DNA from: the human T2T-CHM13v2.0 reference genome, Homo sapiens
Direction: 5' to 3' (one strand)
Assembly (NCBI RefSeq): GCF_009914755.1
Contig: NC_060930.1
Length of the DNA: 64,000 bases
Position 1 is the stretch's first letter. Every line of letters begins with the position of its first letter. The position numbers and the translations under genes were made by a program. The notes beneath the pieces are model-generated. The model searched no databases and was not told the origin of the DNA. It worked only from the letters and a program-made list of their open reading frames with translations. Below, piece by piece: positions 1 through 10,804 of this stretch.

Positions 1-243
1 ACATTCCTCTTGGTAGAGCAGTTGGGAAACACTCCTTTTGTAGAATCTGCAATGGGATATTTGGACTTCTTTGAGGCCTTCGTTGGAAACGGGATTTCTT
101 CGTATGAATCTAGACAGAAGAATTCTCAGAAACTTCCTTGTGATGTGTGCATTCAACTCAGCGAGTGGCACCTTCCTTTGGATACAGCAGTTTTGAAACA
201 CTGTTTTTGTAGTATTTCCAAGCGGATATTTAGAGCGCCTTGA
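1..243 (+). repeat. Partial HOR unit: tail of a unit carrying the B-B monomer pair (18-mer or 12-mer type)
   Basis: Contains GTTGGGAAACACTCC...CGTATGAATC, seen only in 18-mer and 12-mer units. Confidence 0.9.
78..94 (+). promoter_or_regulatory. CENP-B box (intact)
   Basis: CTTCGTTGGAAACGGGA exact. Confidence 0.95.
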
Positions 244-417
244 AGCCTATGCTAGAAATGGAAATATCTCCCCATAAAACCAAGACAGAAGCAATCTCAG
301 AAACTAATGTGTGATGGCTGCATTCCACACACACGGTGGACCATTTCTCTTGATAGAGCAGTTTTGAAACACTCTTTCTGTAGAATCTGCAAGTGGATAA
401 TTGGACCTCCTAGAGGC

Positions 418-434
418 CTTCGTTGGAAACGGGA
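418..434 (+). promoter_or_regulatory. CENP-B box (intact; recurs in every unit)
   Basis: CTTCGTTGGAAACGGGA exact. Confidence 0.95.
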
Positions 435-756
435 TTTCTTCATCTAAACCTAGAGAGAAGAATTCTCAGTAACTTCTTCGGATGTGTGCATTCGACTCAC
501 AGAATGGAACATTCCCTTTGATAGAGCAGTTTTGAGACACCGTTTTTGTAGAATTCCCAAGTGGATATTTAGAGCACTTTGAAGTCTCTGCTAGAAAAGG
601 AAACATCTTCATGTAAAAAGTAGATAGAATCGTTCTCAGAAAGTGCTTAGTGACGTGTGCGTTCAACTCACAGAGTTTAACGTTTCTTTTGATAGAGCGT
701 TTCTGAAACACCCTTCTTGTAGTAGCTGCAAGTGGATATTTGGACCTATTGGAGGC

Positions 757-773
757 CTTCTTTGGAAATGGGA
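757..773 (+). other. Degenerate CENP-B box in a B-type monomer (recurs in every unit)
   Basis: CTTCTTTGGAAATGGGA: both essential CpGs lost. Confidence 0.85.
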
Positions 774-1266
774 TTTCTTCATGTAACTCTAGATTAAAGA
801 GTTCTCAGAAACTCCTTTGTGATGTGTGCATTCAATTCAAAGAGTGAAACCTCCCTTTTCACAGAGCAGTTTTGAAACACTGTTTTTGTAGGATTTCCAA
901 GGGGATATTTATAGCGCATTGAGCCTACGGCGGAAAAAGAAACATCTTCCTATAAAAACTAGACAGAATACTTCTCAGAATCTGCTTTGCGATGTGTGCG
1001 TTCAACTCACAGAGTAAAACTTTTCTTTTGATAGAGCAGTTTTGAAACACTCTTTTTGTAGTATTTGCATGTGTATATTTAGAGCGCATTGAAGCCCACA
1101 GTAGAAAAGGAAATAACTTCACCTAAAACCTAGACAGAAGCAATCTCAGAAACTACTTTGTGATGTGTACATTCAACTCACAGAGTGGAACTTTCCTCTT
1201 TATAGAGCAGTGTTGAAACACTCTTTTTGTAGAAACTGCAAGTGGATATTTGGACCTCTTTGAGGC

Positions 1267-1283
1267 CTTCGTTGGAAACGGGA
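1267..1283 (+). promoter_or_regulatory. CENP-B box (intact; recurs in every unit)
   Basis: CTTCGTTGGAAACGGGA exact. Confidence 0.95.
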
Positions 1284-1606
1284 TTTCTTCCTATAACCCT
1301 AGACAGAAGAATTTTCAGAAACCTCATTGTGATGTGTGCGTTCATCTCACAGAGTGGAGTCTTCCGTTTGATAGAGAAGTTTTGAAACCCTGTTCTTGTA
1401 GGATTTCCAAGTGGATATTTAGACCACTTTGAAGCCTATGATAGAAAAGGAAACATCTTCATGGAAAACATAGATAGAATCATCCTCAGAAACAACTTTG
1501 TGATGTGTGCGTTGAACTCACCGTCTTTAACCTTTCTTTTGGTAGAGAAGTTTTGAAACACTCTCTTTGTAAAGTCTACAAGTGGATATTTTGAGCCCTT
1601 GGAGGC

Positions 1607-1623
1607 ATTCTTTGGAAAAGGGA
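1607..1623 (+). other. Degenerate CENP-B box in a B-like monomer (recurs in every unit)
   Basis: ATTCTTTGGAAAAGGGA: both CpGs lost. Confidence 0.8.
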
Positions 1624-1777
1624 ATGTCTTCACATAAAAGGCAGACGGAAGTGTTCTCAGAAACTGCTTTGTGATGTCTGTGTTCAACTCACAGAGTTTA
1701 ACATTTCCTTTGATAGAGCGGTTTAGTAACCCTCTCTTTGTAGAATTTGGAAGTGTATACTAAGAGCGCTTTGAGGC

Positions 1778-1794
1778 CTATGGTAGAAAAGGAA
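1778..1794 (+). other. A-type monomer box (pJalpha-site position), representative copy
   Basis: CTATGGTAGAAAAGGAA in register with the CENP-B box of B monomers. Confidence 0.75.
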
Positions 1795-1948
1795 ATATCT
1801 TTCCATAAAAGCTAGACAGAAGCAATCTCAGAAACTCCTCTGTGATGTCTGCATTCAACTCACCGAGTGGAACATTCCTCTTGAGAGAGCAGTTTGGAAA
1901 CACTCTTTCTGTAGAATCAGCTTGTTTGTATTTGGACCTCCTTGAGGC

Positions 1949-1965
1949 CTTCGTTGGAAACGGGT
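1949..1965 (+). promoter_or_regulatory. CENP-B box (core intact; absent from the 12-mer)
   Basis: CTTCGTTGGAAACGGGT keeps TTCG....A..CGGG. Confidence 0.9.
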
Positions 1966-2288
1966 TTTCATCTTATAAACCCAGACAGAAGAATTCTCAG
2001 AGTCTTCTTTGTGATGTGTGCTTTCAACTCACCGAGATAAAGATTTCTCTTGATAGAGCAATTTGGAAACACTCTTTTTGTAGAATTTGCAAGGGTACAT
2101 TGAGAGCGCTTTCAGGCCTATGGTAGAAAAGGGAATATCTTTCCATAAAAGGTAGACAGAAGCAATCTCAGAAACTACTTTGTGATGTGTGCATTCAACT
2201 CACCGAGTGCAACGTTCCTCTTGACCGAGCAGTTTGGAAACATTGTTTCTGTAGAATCTGCAAGTGGATATTTGGACCTCTTTGAGGC

Positions 2289-2305
2289 CTTCGTTGGAAA
2301 CGGGA
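2289..2305 (+). promoter_or_regulatory. CENP-B box (intact; absent from the 12-mer)
   Basis: CTTCGTTGGAAACGGGA exact. Confidence 0.95.
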
Positions 2306-2377
2306 TTTCTTCCTATAAACCCAGACAGAAGAATTCTCAGAGACTTCTTTGTGATGTGTGAATTCAACTCACAGTGT

Positions 2378-2383
2378 GGATCC
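2378..2383. other. BamHI site, one per 15-mer or 18-mer unit
   Basis: GGATCC in CACAGTGTGGATCCTTCC; consistent with the ~3-kb BamHI repeat known for chr6 alpha satellite. Confidence 0.9.
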
Positions 2384-2628
2384 TTCCTTTTGATAGAGCA
2401 GTTTTGAAACCCTGTTTTTGTAGTATTTCCAAGCGGATATTTGGAACGCCTTGAAGCGTATGGTAGAAAAGGAAATATCTTCCCATAAAACCTAGACAGA
2501 ACCAATCTCAGAAACGACTTTGTGATGTCTGCATTCAAGTCACAGAGTTGAACATTTCTCTTGATAGAGCAGTTTTGAAACCCTCTTTCTGAAGGATCTG
2601 CAAGTGGATATTTGGAACTCCTTTGGGT

Positions 2629-2645
2629 CTTCGTTGGAAACGGGA
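2629..2645 (+). promoter_or_regulatory. CENP-B box (intact; absent from the 12-mer)
   Basis: CTTCGTTGGAAACGGGA exact. Confidence 0.95.
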
Positions 2646-5600
2646 TTTCTTCGTATAAATCTAGACAGAAGAATTCTCAGAAACTTCCTTGTGATGTGTG
2701 CATTCAACTCAGCGAGTGGCACCTTCCTTTGGATACAGCAGTTTTGAAACACTGTTTTTGTAGTATTTCCAAGCGGATATTTAGAGCGCCTTGAAGCCTA
2801 TGCTAGAAATGGAAATATCTCCCCATAAAACCAAGACGGAAGCAATCTCAGAAACTAATGTGTGATGGCTGCATTCCACACACACGGTGGACCATTTCTC
2901 TTGATAGAGCAGTTTTGAAACACTCTTTCTGTAGAATCTGCAAGTGGATAATTGGACCTCCTAGAGGCCTTCGTTGGAAACGGGATTTCTTCATCTAAAC
3001 CTACAGAGAAGTATTCTCAGTAACTTCTTCGGATGTGTGCATTCGACGCACAGAATGGAACATTCCCTTTGATAGAGCAGTTTTGAGACACCGTTTTTGT
3101 AGAATTCCCAAGTGGATATTTAGAGCACTTTGAAGTCTCTGCTAGAAAAGGAAACATCTTCATGTAAAAAGTAGATAGAATCGTTCTCAGAAAGTGCTTA
3201 GTGTCGTGTGCGTTCAACTCACAGAGTTTAACGTTTCTTTTGATAGAGCGTTTCTGAAACACCCTTCTTGTAGTAGCTGCAAGTGGATATTTGGACCTAT
3301 TGGAGGCCTTCTTTGGAAATGGGATTTCTTCATGTAACTCTAGATTGAAGAATTCTCAGAAACTCCTTTGTGATGTGTGCATTCAATTCAAAGAGTGAAA
3401 CCTCTCTTTTCACAGAGCAGTTTTGAAACACTGTTTTTGTAGGATTTCCAAGGGGATATTTATAGCGCATTGAGCCTACGGCGGAAAAAGAAACATCTTC
3501 CTATAAAAACTAGACAGAATACTTCTCAGAATCTGCTTTGCGATGTGTGCGTTCAACTCACAGAGTAAAACTTTTCTTTTGATAGAGCAGTTTTGAAACA
3601 CTCTTTTTGTAGTATTTGCATGTGTATATTTAGAGCGCATTGAAGCCCACAGTAGAAAAGGAAATAACTTCACCTAAAACCTAGACAGAAGCAATCTCAG
3701 AAACTACTTTGTGATGTGTACATTCAACTCACAGAGTGGAACTTTCCTCTTTATAGAGCAGTGTTGAAACACTCTTTTTGTAGAAACTGCAAGTGGATAT
3801 TTGGACCTCTTTGAGGCCTTCGTTGGAAACGGGATTTCTTCCTATAACCCTAGACAGAAGAATTTTCAGAAACCTCATTGTGATGTGTGCGTTCATCTCA
3901 CAGAGTGGAGTCTTCCGTTTGATAGAGAAGTTTTGAAACCCTGTTCTTGTAGGATTTCCAAGTGGATATTTAGACCACTTTGAAGCCTATGATAGAAAAG
4001 GAAACATCTTCATGGAAAACATAGATAGAATCATCCTCAGAAACAACTTTGTGATGTGTGCGTTGAACTCACCGTCTTTAACCTTTCTTTTGGTAGAGAA
4101 GTTTTGAAACACTCTCTTTGTAAAGTCTACAAGTGGATATTTTGAGCCCTTGGAGGCATTCTTTGGAAAAGGGAATGTCTTCACATAAAAGGCAGACGGA
4201 AGTGTTCTCAGAAACTGCTTTGTGATGTCTGTGTTCAACTCACAGAGTTTAACATTTCCTTTGATAGAGCGGTTTAGTAACCCTCTCTTTGTAGAATTTG
4301 GAAGTGTATACTAAGAGCGCTTTGAGGCCTATGGTAGAAAAGGAAATATCTTTCCATAAAAGCTAGACAGAAGCAATCTCAGAAACTCCTCTGTGATGTC
4401 TGCATTCAACTCACCGAGTGGAACATTCCTCTTGAGAGAGCAGTTTGGAAACACTCTTTCTGTAGAATCAGCTTGTTTGTATTTGGACCTCCTTGAGGCC
4501 TTCGTTGGAAACGGGTTTTCATCTTATAAACCCAGACAGAAGAATTCTCAGAGTCTTCTTTGTGATGTGTGCTTTCAACTCACCGAGATAAAGATTTCTC
4601 TTGATAGAGCAATTTGGAAACACTCTTTTTGTAGAATTTGCAAGGGTACATTGAGAGCGCTTTCAGGCCTGTGGTAGAAAAGGGAATATCTTTCCATAAA
4701 AGGTAGACAGAAGCAATCTCAGAAACTACTTTGTGATGTGTGCATTCAACTCACCGAGTGCAACGTTCCTCTTGACCGAGCAGTTTGGAAACATTGTTTC
4801 TGTAGAATCTGCAAGTGGATATTTGGACCTCTTTGAGGCCTTCGTTGGAAACGGGATTTCTTCCTATAAACCCAGACAGAAGAATTCTCAGAGACTTCTT
4901 TGTGATGTGTGAATTCAACTCACAGTGTGGATCCTTCCTTTTGATAGAGCAGTTTTGAAACCCTGTTTTTGTAGTATTTCCAAGCGGATATTTGGAACGC
5001 CTTGAAGCGTATGGTAGAAAAGGAAATATCTTCCCATAAAACCTAGACAGAACCAATCTCAGAAACGACTTTGTGATGTCTGCATTCAAGTCACAGAGTT
5101 GAACATTTCTCTTGATAGAGCAGTTTTGAAACCCTCTTTCTGAAGGATCTGCAAGTGGATATTTGGAACTCCTTTGGGTCTTCGTTGGAAACGGGATTTC
5201 TTCGTATAAATCTAGACAGAAGAATTCTCAGAAACTTCCTTGTGATGTGTGCATTCAACTCAGCGAGTGGCACCTTCCTTTGGATACAGCAGTTTTGAAA
5301 CACTGTTTTTGTAGTATTTCCAAGCGGATATTTAGAGCGCCTTGAAGCCTATGCTAGAAATGGAAATATCTCCCCATAAAACCAAGACGGAAGCAATCTC
5401 AGAAACTAATGTGTGATGGCTGCATTCCACACACACGGTGGACCATTTCTCTTGATAGAGCAGTTTTGAAACACTCTTTCTGTAGAATCTGCAAGTGGAT
5501 AATTGGACCTCCAAGAGGCCTTCGTTGGAAACGGGATTTCTTCATCTAAACCTACAGAGAAGTATTCTCAGTAACTTCTTCGGATGTGTGCATTCGACGC

Positions 5601-8600
5601 ACAGAATGGAACATTCCCTTTGATAGAGCAGTTTTGAGACACCGTTTTTGTAGAATTCCCAAGTGGATATTTAGAGCACTTTGAAGTCTCTGCTAGAAAA
5701 GGAAACATCTTCATGTAAAAAGTAGATAGAATCGTTCTCAGAAAGTGCTTAGTGTCGTGTGCGTTCAACTCACAGAGTTTAACGTTTCTTTTGATAGAGC
5801 GTTTCTGAAACACCCTTCTTGTAGTAGCTGCAAGTGGATATTTGGACCTATTGGAGGCCTTCTTTGGAAATGGGATTTCTTCATGTAACTCTAGATTGAA
5901 GAATTCTCAGAAACTCCTTTGTGATGTGTGCATTCAATTCAAAGAGTGAAACCTCTCTTTTCACAGAGCAGTTTTGAAACACTGTTTTTGTAGGATTTCC
6001 AAGGGGATATTTATAGCGCATTGAGCCTACGGCGGAAAAAGAAACATCTTCCTATAAAAACTAGACAGAATACTTCTCAGAATCTGCTTTGCGATGTGTG
6101 CGTTCAACTCACAGAGTAAAACTTTTCTTTTGATAGAGCAGTTTTGAAACACTCTTTTTGTAGTATTTGCATGTGTATATTTAGAGCGCATTGAAGCCCA
6201 CAGTAGAAAAGGAAATAACTTCACCTAAAACCTAGACAGAAGCAATCTCAGAAACTACTTTGTGATGTGTACATTCAACTCACAGAGTGGAACTTTCCTC
6301 TTTATAGAGCAGTGTTGAAACACTCTTTTTGTAGAAACTGCAAGTGGATATTTGGACCTCTTTGAGGCCTTCGTTGGAAACGGGATTTCTTCCTATAACC
6401 CTAGACAGAAGAATTTTCAGAAACCTCATTGTGATGTGTGCGTTCATCTCACAGAGTGGAGTCTTCCGTTTGATAGAGAAGTTTTGAAACCCTGTTCTTG
6501 TAGGATTTCCAAGTGGATATTTAGACCACTTTGAAGCCTATGATAGAAAAGGAAACATCTTCATGGAAAACATAGATAGAATCATCCTCAGAAACAACTT
6601 TGTGATGTGTGCGTTGAACTCACCGTCTTTAACCTTTCTTTTGGTAGAGAAGTTTTGAAACACTCTCTTTGTAAAGTCTACAAGTGGATATTTTGAGCCC
6701 TTGGAGGCATTCTTTGGAAAAGGGAATGTCTTCACATAAAAGGCAGACGGAAGTGTTCTCAGAAACTGCTTTGTGATGTCTGTGTTCAACTCACAGAGTT
6801 TAACATTTCCTTTGATAGAGCGGTTTAGTAACCCTCTCTTTGTAGAATTTGGAAGTGTATACTAAGAGCGCTTTGAGGCCTATGGTAGAAAAGGAAATAT
6901 CTTTCCATAAAAGCTAGACAGAAGCAATCTCAGAAACTCCTCTGTGATGTCTGCATTCAACTCACCGAGTGGAACATTCCTCTTGAGAGAGCAGTTTGGA
7001 AACACTCTTTCTGTAGAATCAGCTTGTTTGTATTTGGACCTCCTTGAGGCCTTCGTTGGAAACGGGTTTTCATCTTATAAACCCAGACAGAAGAATTCTC
7101 AGAGTCTTCTTTGTGATGTGTGCTTTCAACTCACCGAGATAAAGATTTCTCTTGATAGAGCAATTTGGAAACACTCTTTTTGTAGAATTTGCAAGGGTAC
7201 ATTGAGAGCGCTTTCAGGCCTGTGGTAGAAAAGGGAATATCTTTCCATAAAAGGTAGACAGAAGCAATCTCAGAAACTACTTTGTGATGTGTGCATTCAA
7301 CTCACCGAGTGCAACGTTCCTCTTGACCGAGCAGTTTGGAAACATTGTTTCTGTAGAATCTGCAAGTGGATATTTGGACCTCTTTGAGGCCTTCGTTGGA
7401 AACGGGATTTCTTCCTATAAACCCAGACAGAAGAATTCTCAGAGACTTCTTTGTGATGTGTGAATTCAACTCACAGTGTGGATCCTTCCTTTTGATAGAG
7501 CAGTTTTGAAACCCTGTTTTTGTAGTATTTCCAAGCGGATATTTGGAACGCCTTGAAGCGTATGGTAGAAAAGGAAATATCTTCCCATAAAACCTAGACA
7601 GAACCAATCTCAGAAACGACTTTGTGATGTCTGCATTCAAGTCACAGAGTTGAACATTTCTCTTGATAGAGCAGTTTTGAAACCCTCTTTCTGAAGGATC
7701 TGCAAGTGGATATTTGGAACTCCTTTGGGTCTTCGTTGGAAACGGGATTTCTTCGTATAAATCTAGACAGAAGAATTCTCAGAAACTTCCTTGTGATGTG
7801 TGCATTCAACTCAGCGAGTGGCACCTTCCTTTGGATACAGCAGTTTTGAAACACTGTTTTTGTAGTATTTCCAAGCGGATATTTAGAGCGCCTTGAAGCC
7901 TATGCTAGAAATGGAAATATCTCCCCATAAAACCAAGACGGAAGCAATCTCAGAAACTAATGTGTGATGGCTGCATTCCACACACACGGTGGACCATTTC
8001 TCTTGATAGAGCAGTTTTGAAACACTCTTTCTGTAGAATCTGCAAGTGGATAATTGGACCTCCTAGAGGCCTTCGTTGGAAACGGGATTTCTTCATCTAA
8101 ACCTACAGAGAAGTATTCTCAGTAACTTCTTCGGATGTGTGCATTCGACGCACAGAATGGAACATTCCCTTTGATAGAGCAGTTTTGAGACACCGTTTTT
8201 GTAGAATTCCCAAGTGGATATTTAGAGCACTTTGAAGTCTCTGCTAGAAAAGGAAACATCTTCATGTAAAAAGTAGATAGAATCGTTCTCAGAAAGTGCT
8301 TAGTGTCGTGTGCGTTCAACTCACAGAGTTTAACGTTTCTTTTGATAGAGCGTTTCTGAAACACCCTTCTTGTAGTAGCTGCAAGTGGATATTTGGACCT
8401 ATTGGAGGCCTTCTTTGGAAATGGGATTTCTTCATGTAACTCTAGATTGAAGAATTCTCAGAAACTCCTTTGTGATGTGTGCATTCAATTCAAAGAGTGA
8501 AACCTCTCTTTTCACAGAGCAGTTTTGAAACACTGTTTTTGTAGGATTTCCAAGGGGATATTTATAGCGCATTGAGCCTACGGCGGAAAAAGAAACATCT

Positions 8601-10618
8601 TCCTATAACAACTAGACAGAATACTTCTCAGAATCTGCTTTGCGATGTGTGCGTTCAACTCACAGAGTAAAACTTTTCTTTTGATAGAGCAGTTTTGAAA
8701 CACTCTTTTTGTAGTATTTGCATGTGTATATTTAGAGCGCATTGAAGCCCACAGTAGAAAAGGAAATAACTTCACCTAAAACCTAGACAGAAGCAATCAC
8801 AGAAACTACTTTGTGATGTGTACATTCAACTCACAGAGTGGAACTTTCCTCTTTATAGAGCAGTGTTGAAACACTCTTTTTGTAGAAACTGCAAGTGGAT
8901 ATTTGGACCTCTTTGAGGCCTTCGTTGGAAACGGGATTTCTTCCTATAACCCTAGACAGAAGAATTTTCAGAAACCTCATTGTGATGTGTGCGTTCATCT
9001 CACAGAGTGGAGTCTTCCGTTTGATAGAGAAGTTTTGAAACCCTGTTCTTGTAGGATTTCCAAGTGGATATTTAGACCACTTTGAAGCCTATGATAGAAA
9101 AGGAAACATCTTCATGGAAAACATAGATAGAATCATCCTCAGAAACAACTTTGTGATGTGTGCGTTGAACTCACCGTCTTTAACCTTTCTTTTGGTAGAG
9201 AAGTTTTGAAACACTCTCTTTGTAAAGTCTACAAGTGGATATTTTGAGCCCTTGGAGGCATTCTTTGGAAAAGGGAATGTCTTCACATAAAAGGCAGACG
9301 GAAGTGTTCTCAGAAACTGCTTTGTGATGTCTGTGTTCAACTCACAGAGTTTAACATTTCCTTTGATAGAGCGGTTTAGTAACCCTCTCTTTGTAGAATT
9401 TGGAAGTGTATACTAAGAGCGCTTTGAGGCCTATGGTAGAAAAGGAAATATCTTTCCATAAAAGCTAGACAGAAGCAATCTCAGAAACTCCTCTGTGATG
9501 TCTGCATTCAACTCACCGAGTGGAACATTCCTCTTGAGAGAGCAGTTTGGAAACACTCTTTCTGTAGAATCAGCTTGTTTGTATTTGGACCTCCTTGAGG
9601 CCTTCGTTGGAAACGGGTTTTCATCTTATAAACCCAGACAGAAGAATTCTCAGAGTCTTCTTTGTGATGTGTGCTTTCAACTCACCGAGATAAAGATTTC
9701 TCTTGATAGAGCAATTTGGAAACACTCTTTTTGTAGAATTTGCAAGGGTACATTGAGAGCGCTTTCAGGCCTATGGTAGAAAAGGGAATATCTTTCCATA
9801 AAAGGTAGACAGAAGCAATCTCAGAAACTACTTTGTGATGTGTGCATTCAACTCACCGAGTGCAACGTTCCTCTTGACCGAGCAGTTTGGAAACATTGTT
9901 TCTGTAGAATCTGCAAGTGGATATTTGGACCTCTTTGAGGCCTTCGTTGGAAACGGGATTTCTTCCTATAAACCCAGACAGAAGAATTCTCAGAGACTTC
10001 TTTGTGATGTGTGAATTCAACTCACAGTGTGGATCCTTCCTTTTGATAGAGCAGTTTTGAAGCCCTGTTTTTGTAGTATTTCCAAGCGGATATTTGGAAC
10101 GCCTTGAAGCGTATGGTAGAAAAGGAAATATCTTCCCATAAAACCTAGACAGAACCAATCTCAGAAACGACTTTGTGATGTCTGCATTCAAGTCACAGAG
10201 TTGAACATTTCTCTTGATAGAGCAGTTTTGAAACCCTCTTTCTGAAGGATCTGCAAGTGGATATTTGGAACTCCTTTGGGTCTTCGTTGGAAACGGGATT
10301 TCTTCGTATAAATCTAGACAGAAGAATTCTCCGAAACTTCTTTGGTTGTGTGCATTCAAGTCACAGAGTGGAACCTTCCTTTGGATAGAGCAGTTTGAAA
10401 CGCCGTGGTTGTAGTATTTCCAAGCGGATATTAGAGCGCCTTGAGGCCTATGGTAGAAAAGGAAATATCTTCCCATAAAACCTAGACGGAAGCAATCTCA
10501 GAAACTACTGTGTGATGGCTGCATTCCACACACACGGTGGAACATTTCTCTTGATAGAGCAGTTTTGAAACACTCTTTCTGTAGAATCTGCAAGTGGATA
10601 ATTGGACCGCCTTGAGGC

Positions 10619-10635
10619 CTTCGTTGGAAACGGGA
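10619..10635 (+). promoter_or_regulatory. CENP-B box specific to 18-mer and 12-mer units
   Basis: CTTCGTTGGAAACGGGA exact. Confidence 0.95.
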
Positions 10636-10787
10636 TTTCTTCATGTTACTCTAGATAGAAGAATTCTCAAACACTGCTATGTGATGTTTGCATTCAAGTC
10701 ACAGAGTGCAACTTTCCTCTTGGTAGAGCAGTTGGGAAACACTCCTTTTGTAGAATCTGCAATGGGATATTTGGACTTCTTTGAGGC

Positions 10788-10804
10788 CTTCGTTGGAAAC
10801 GGGA
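10788..10804 (+). promoter_or_regulatory. CENP-B box specific to 18-mer and 12-mer units, 169 bp after the previous box
   Basis: CTTCGTTGGAAACGGGA exact. Confidence 0.95.

Larger units (their letters stand above)
244..7896 (+). repeat. Three tandem 15-mer HOR units (U1-U3, 2551 bp each)
   Basis: Marker ORF ends at 243, 2794, 5345, 7896. Confidence 0.95.

Noticed and set aside
326-336. (CA)n microsatellite
   Set aside because: Only about 4-5 units, invariant in length across copies; it is a fixed monomer signature.
9853-10476. 207-aa minus-strand ORF found in each 18-mer
   Set aside because: It is internally repetitive at monomer period (QNCSIKR-like motifs) and arises from small indels in the 18-mer-specific monomer joining frames; there is no coding evidence.
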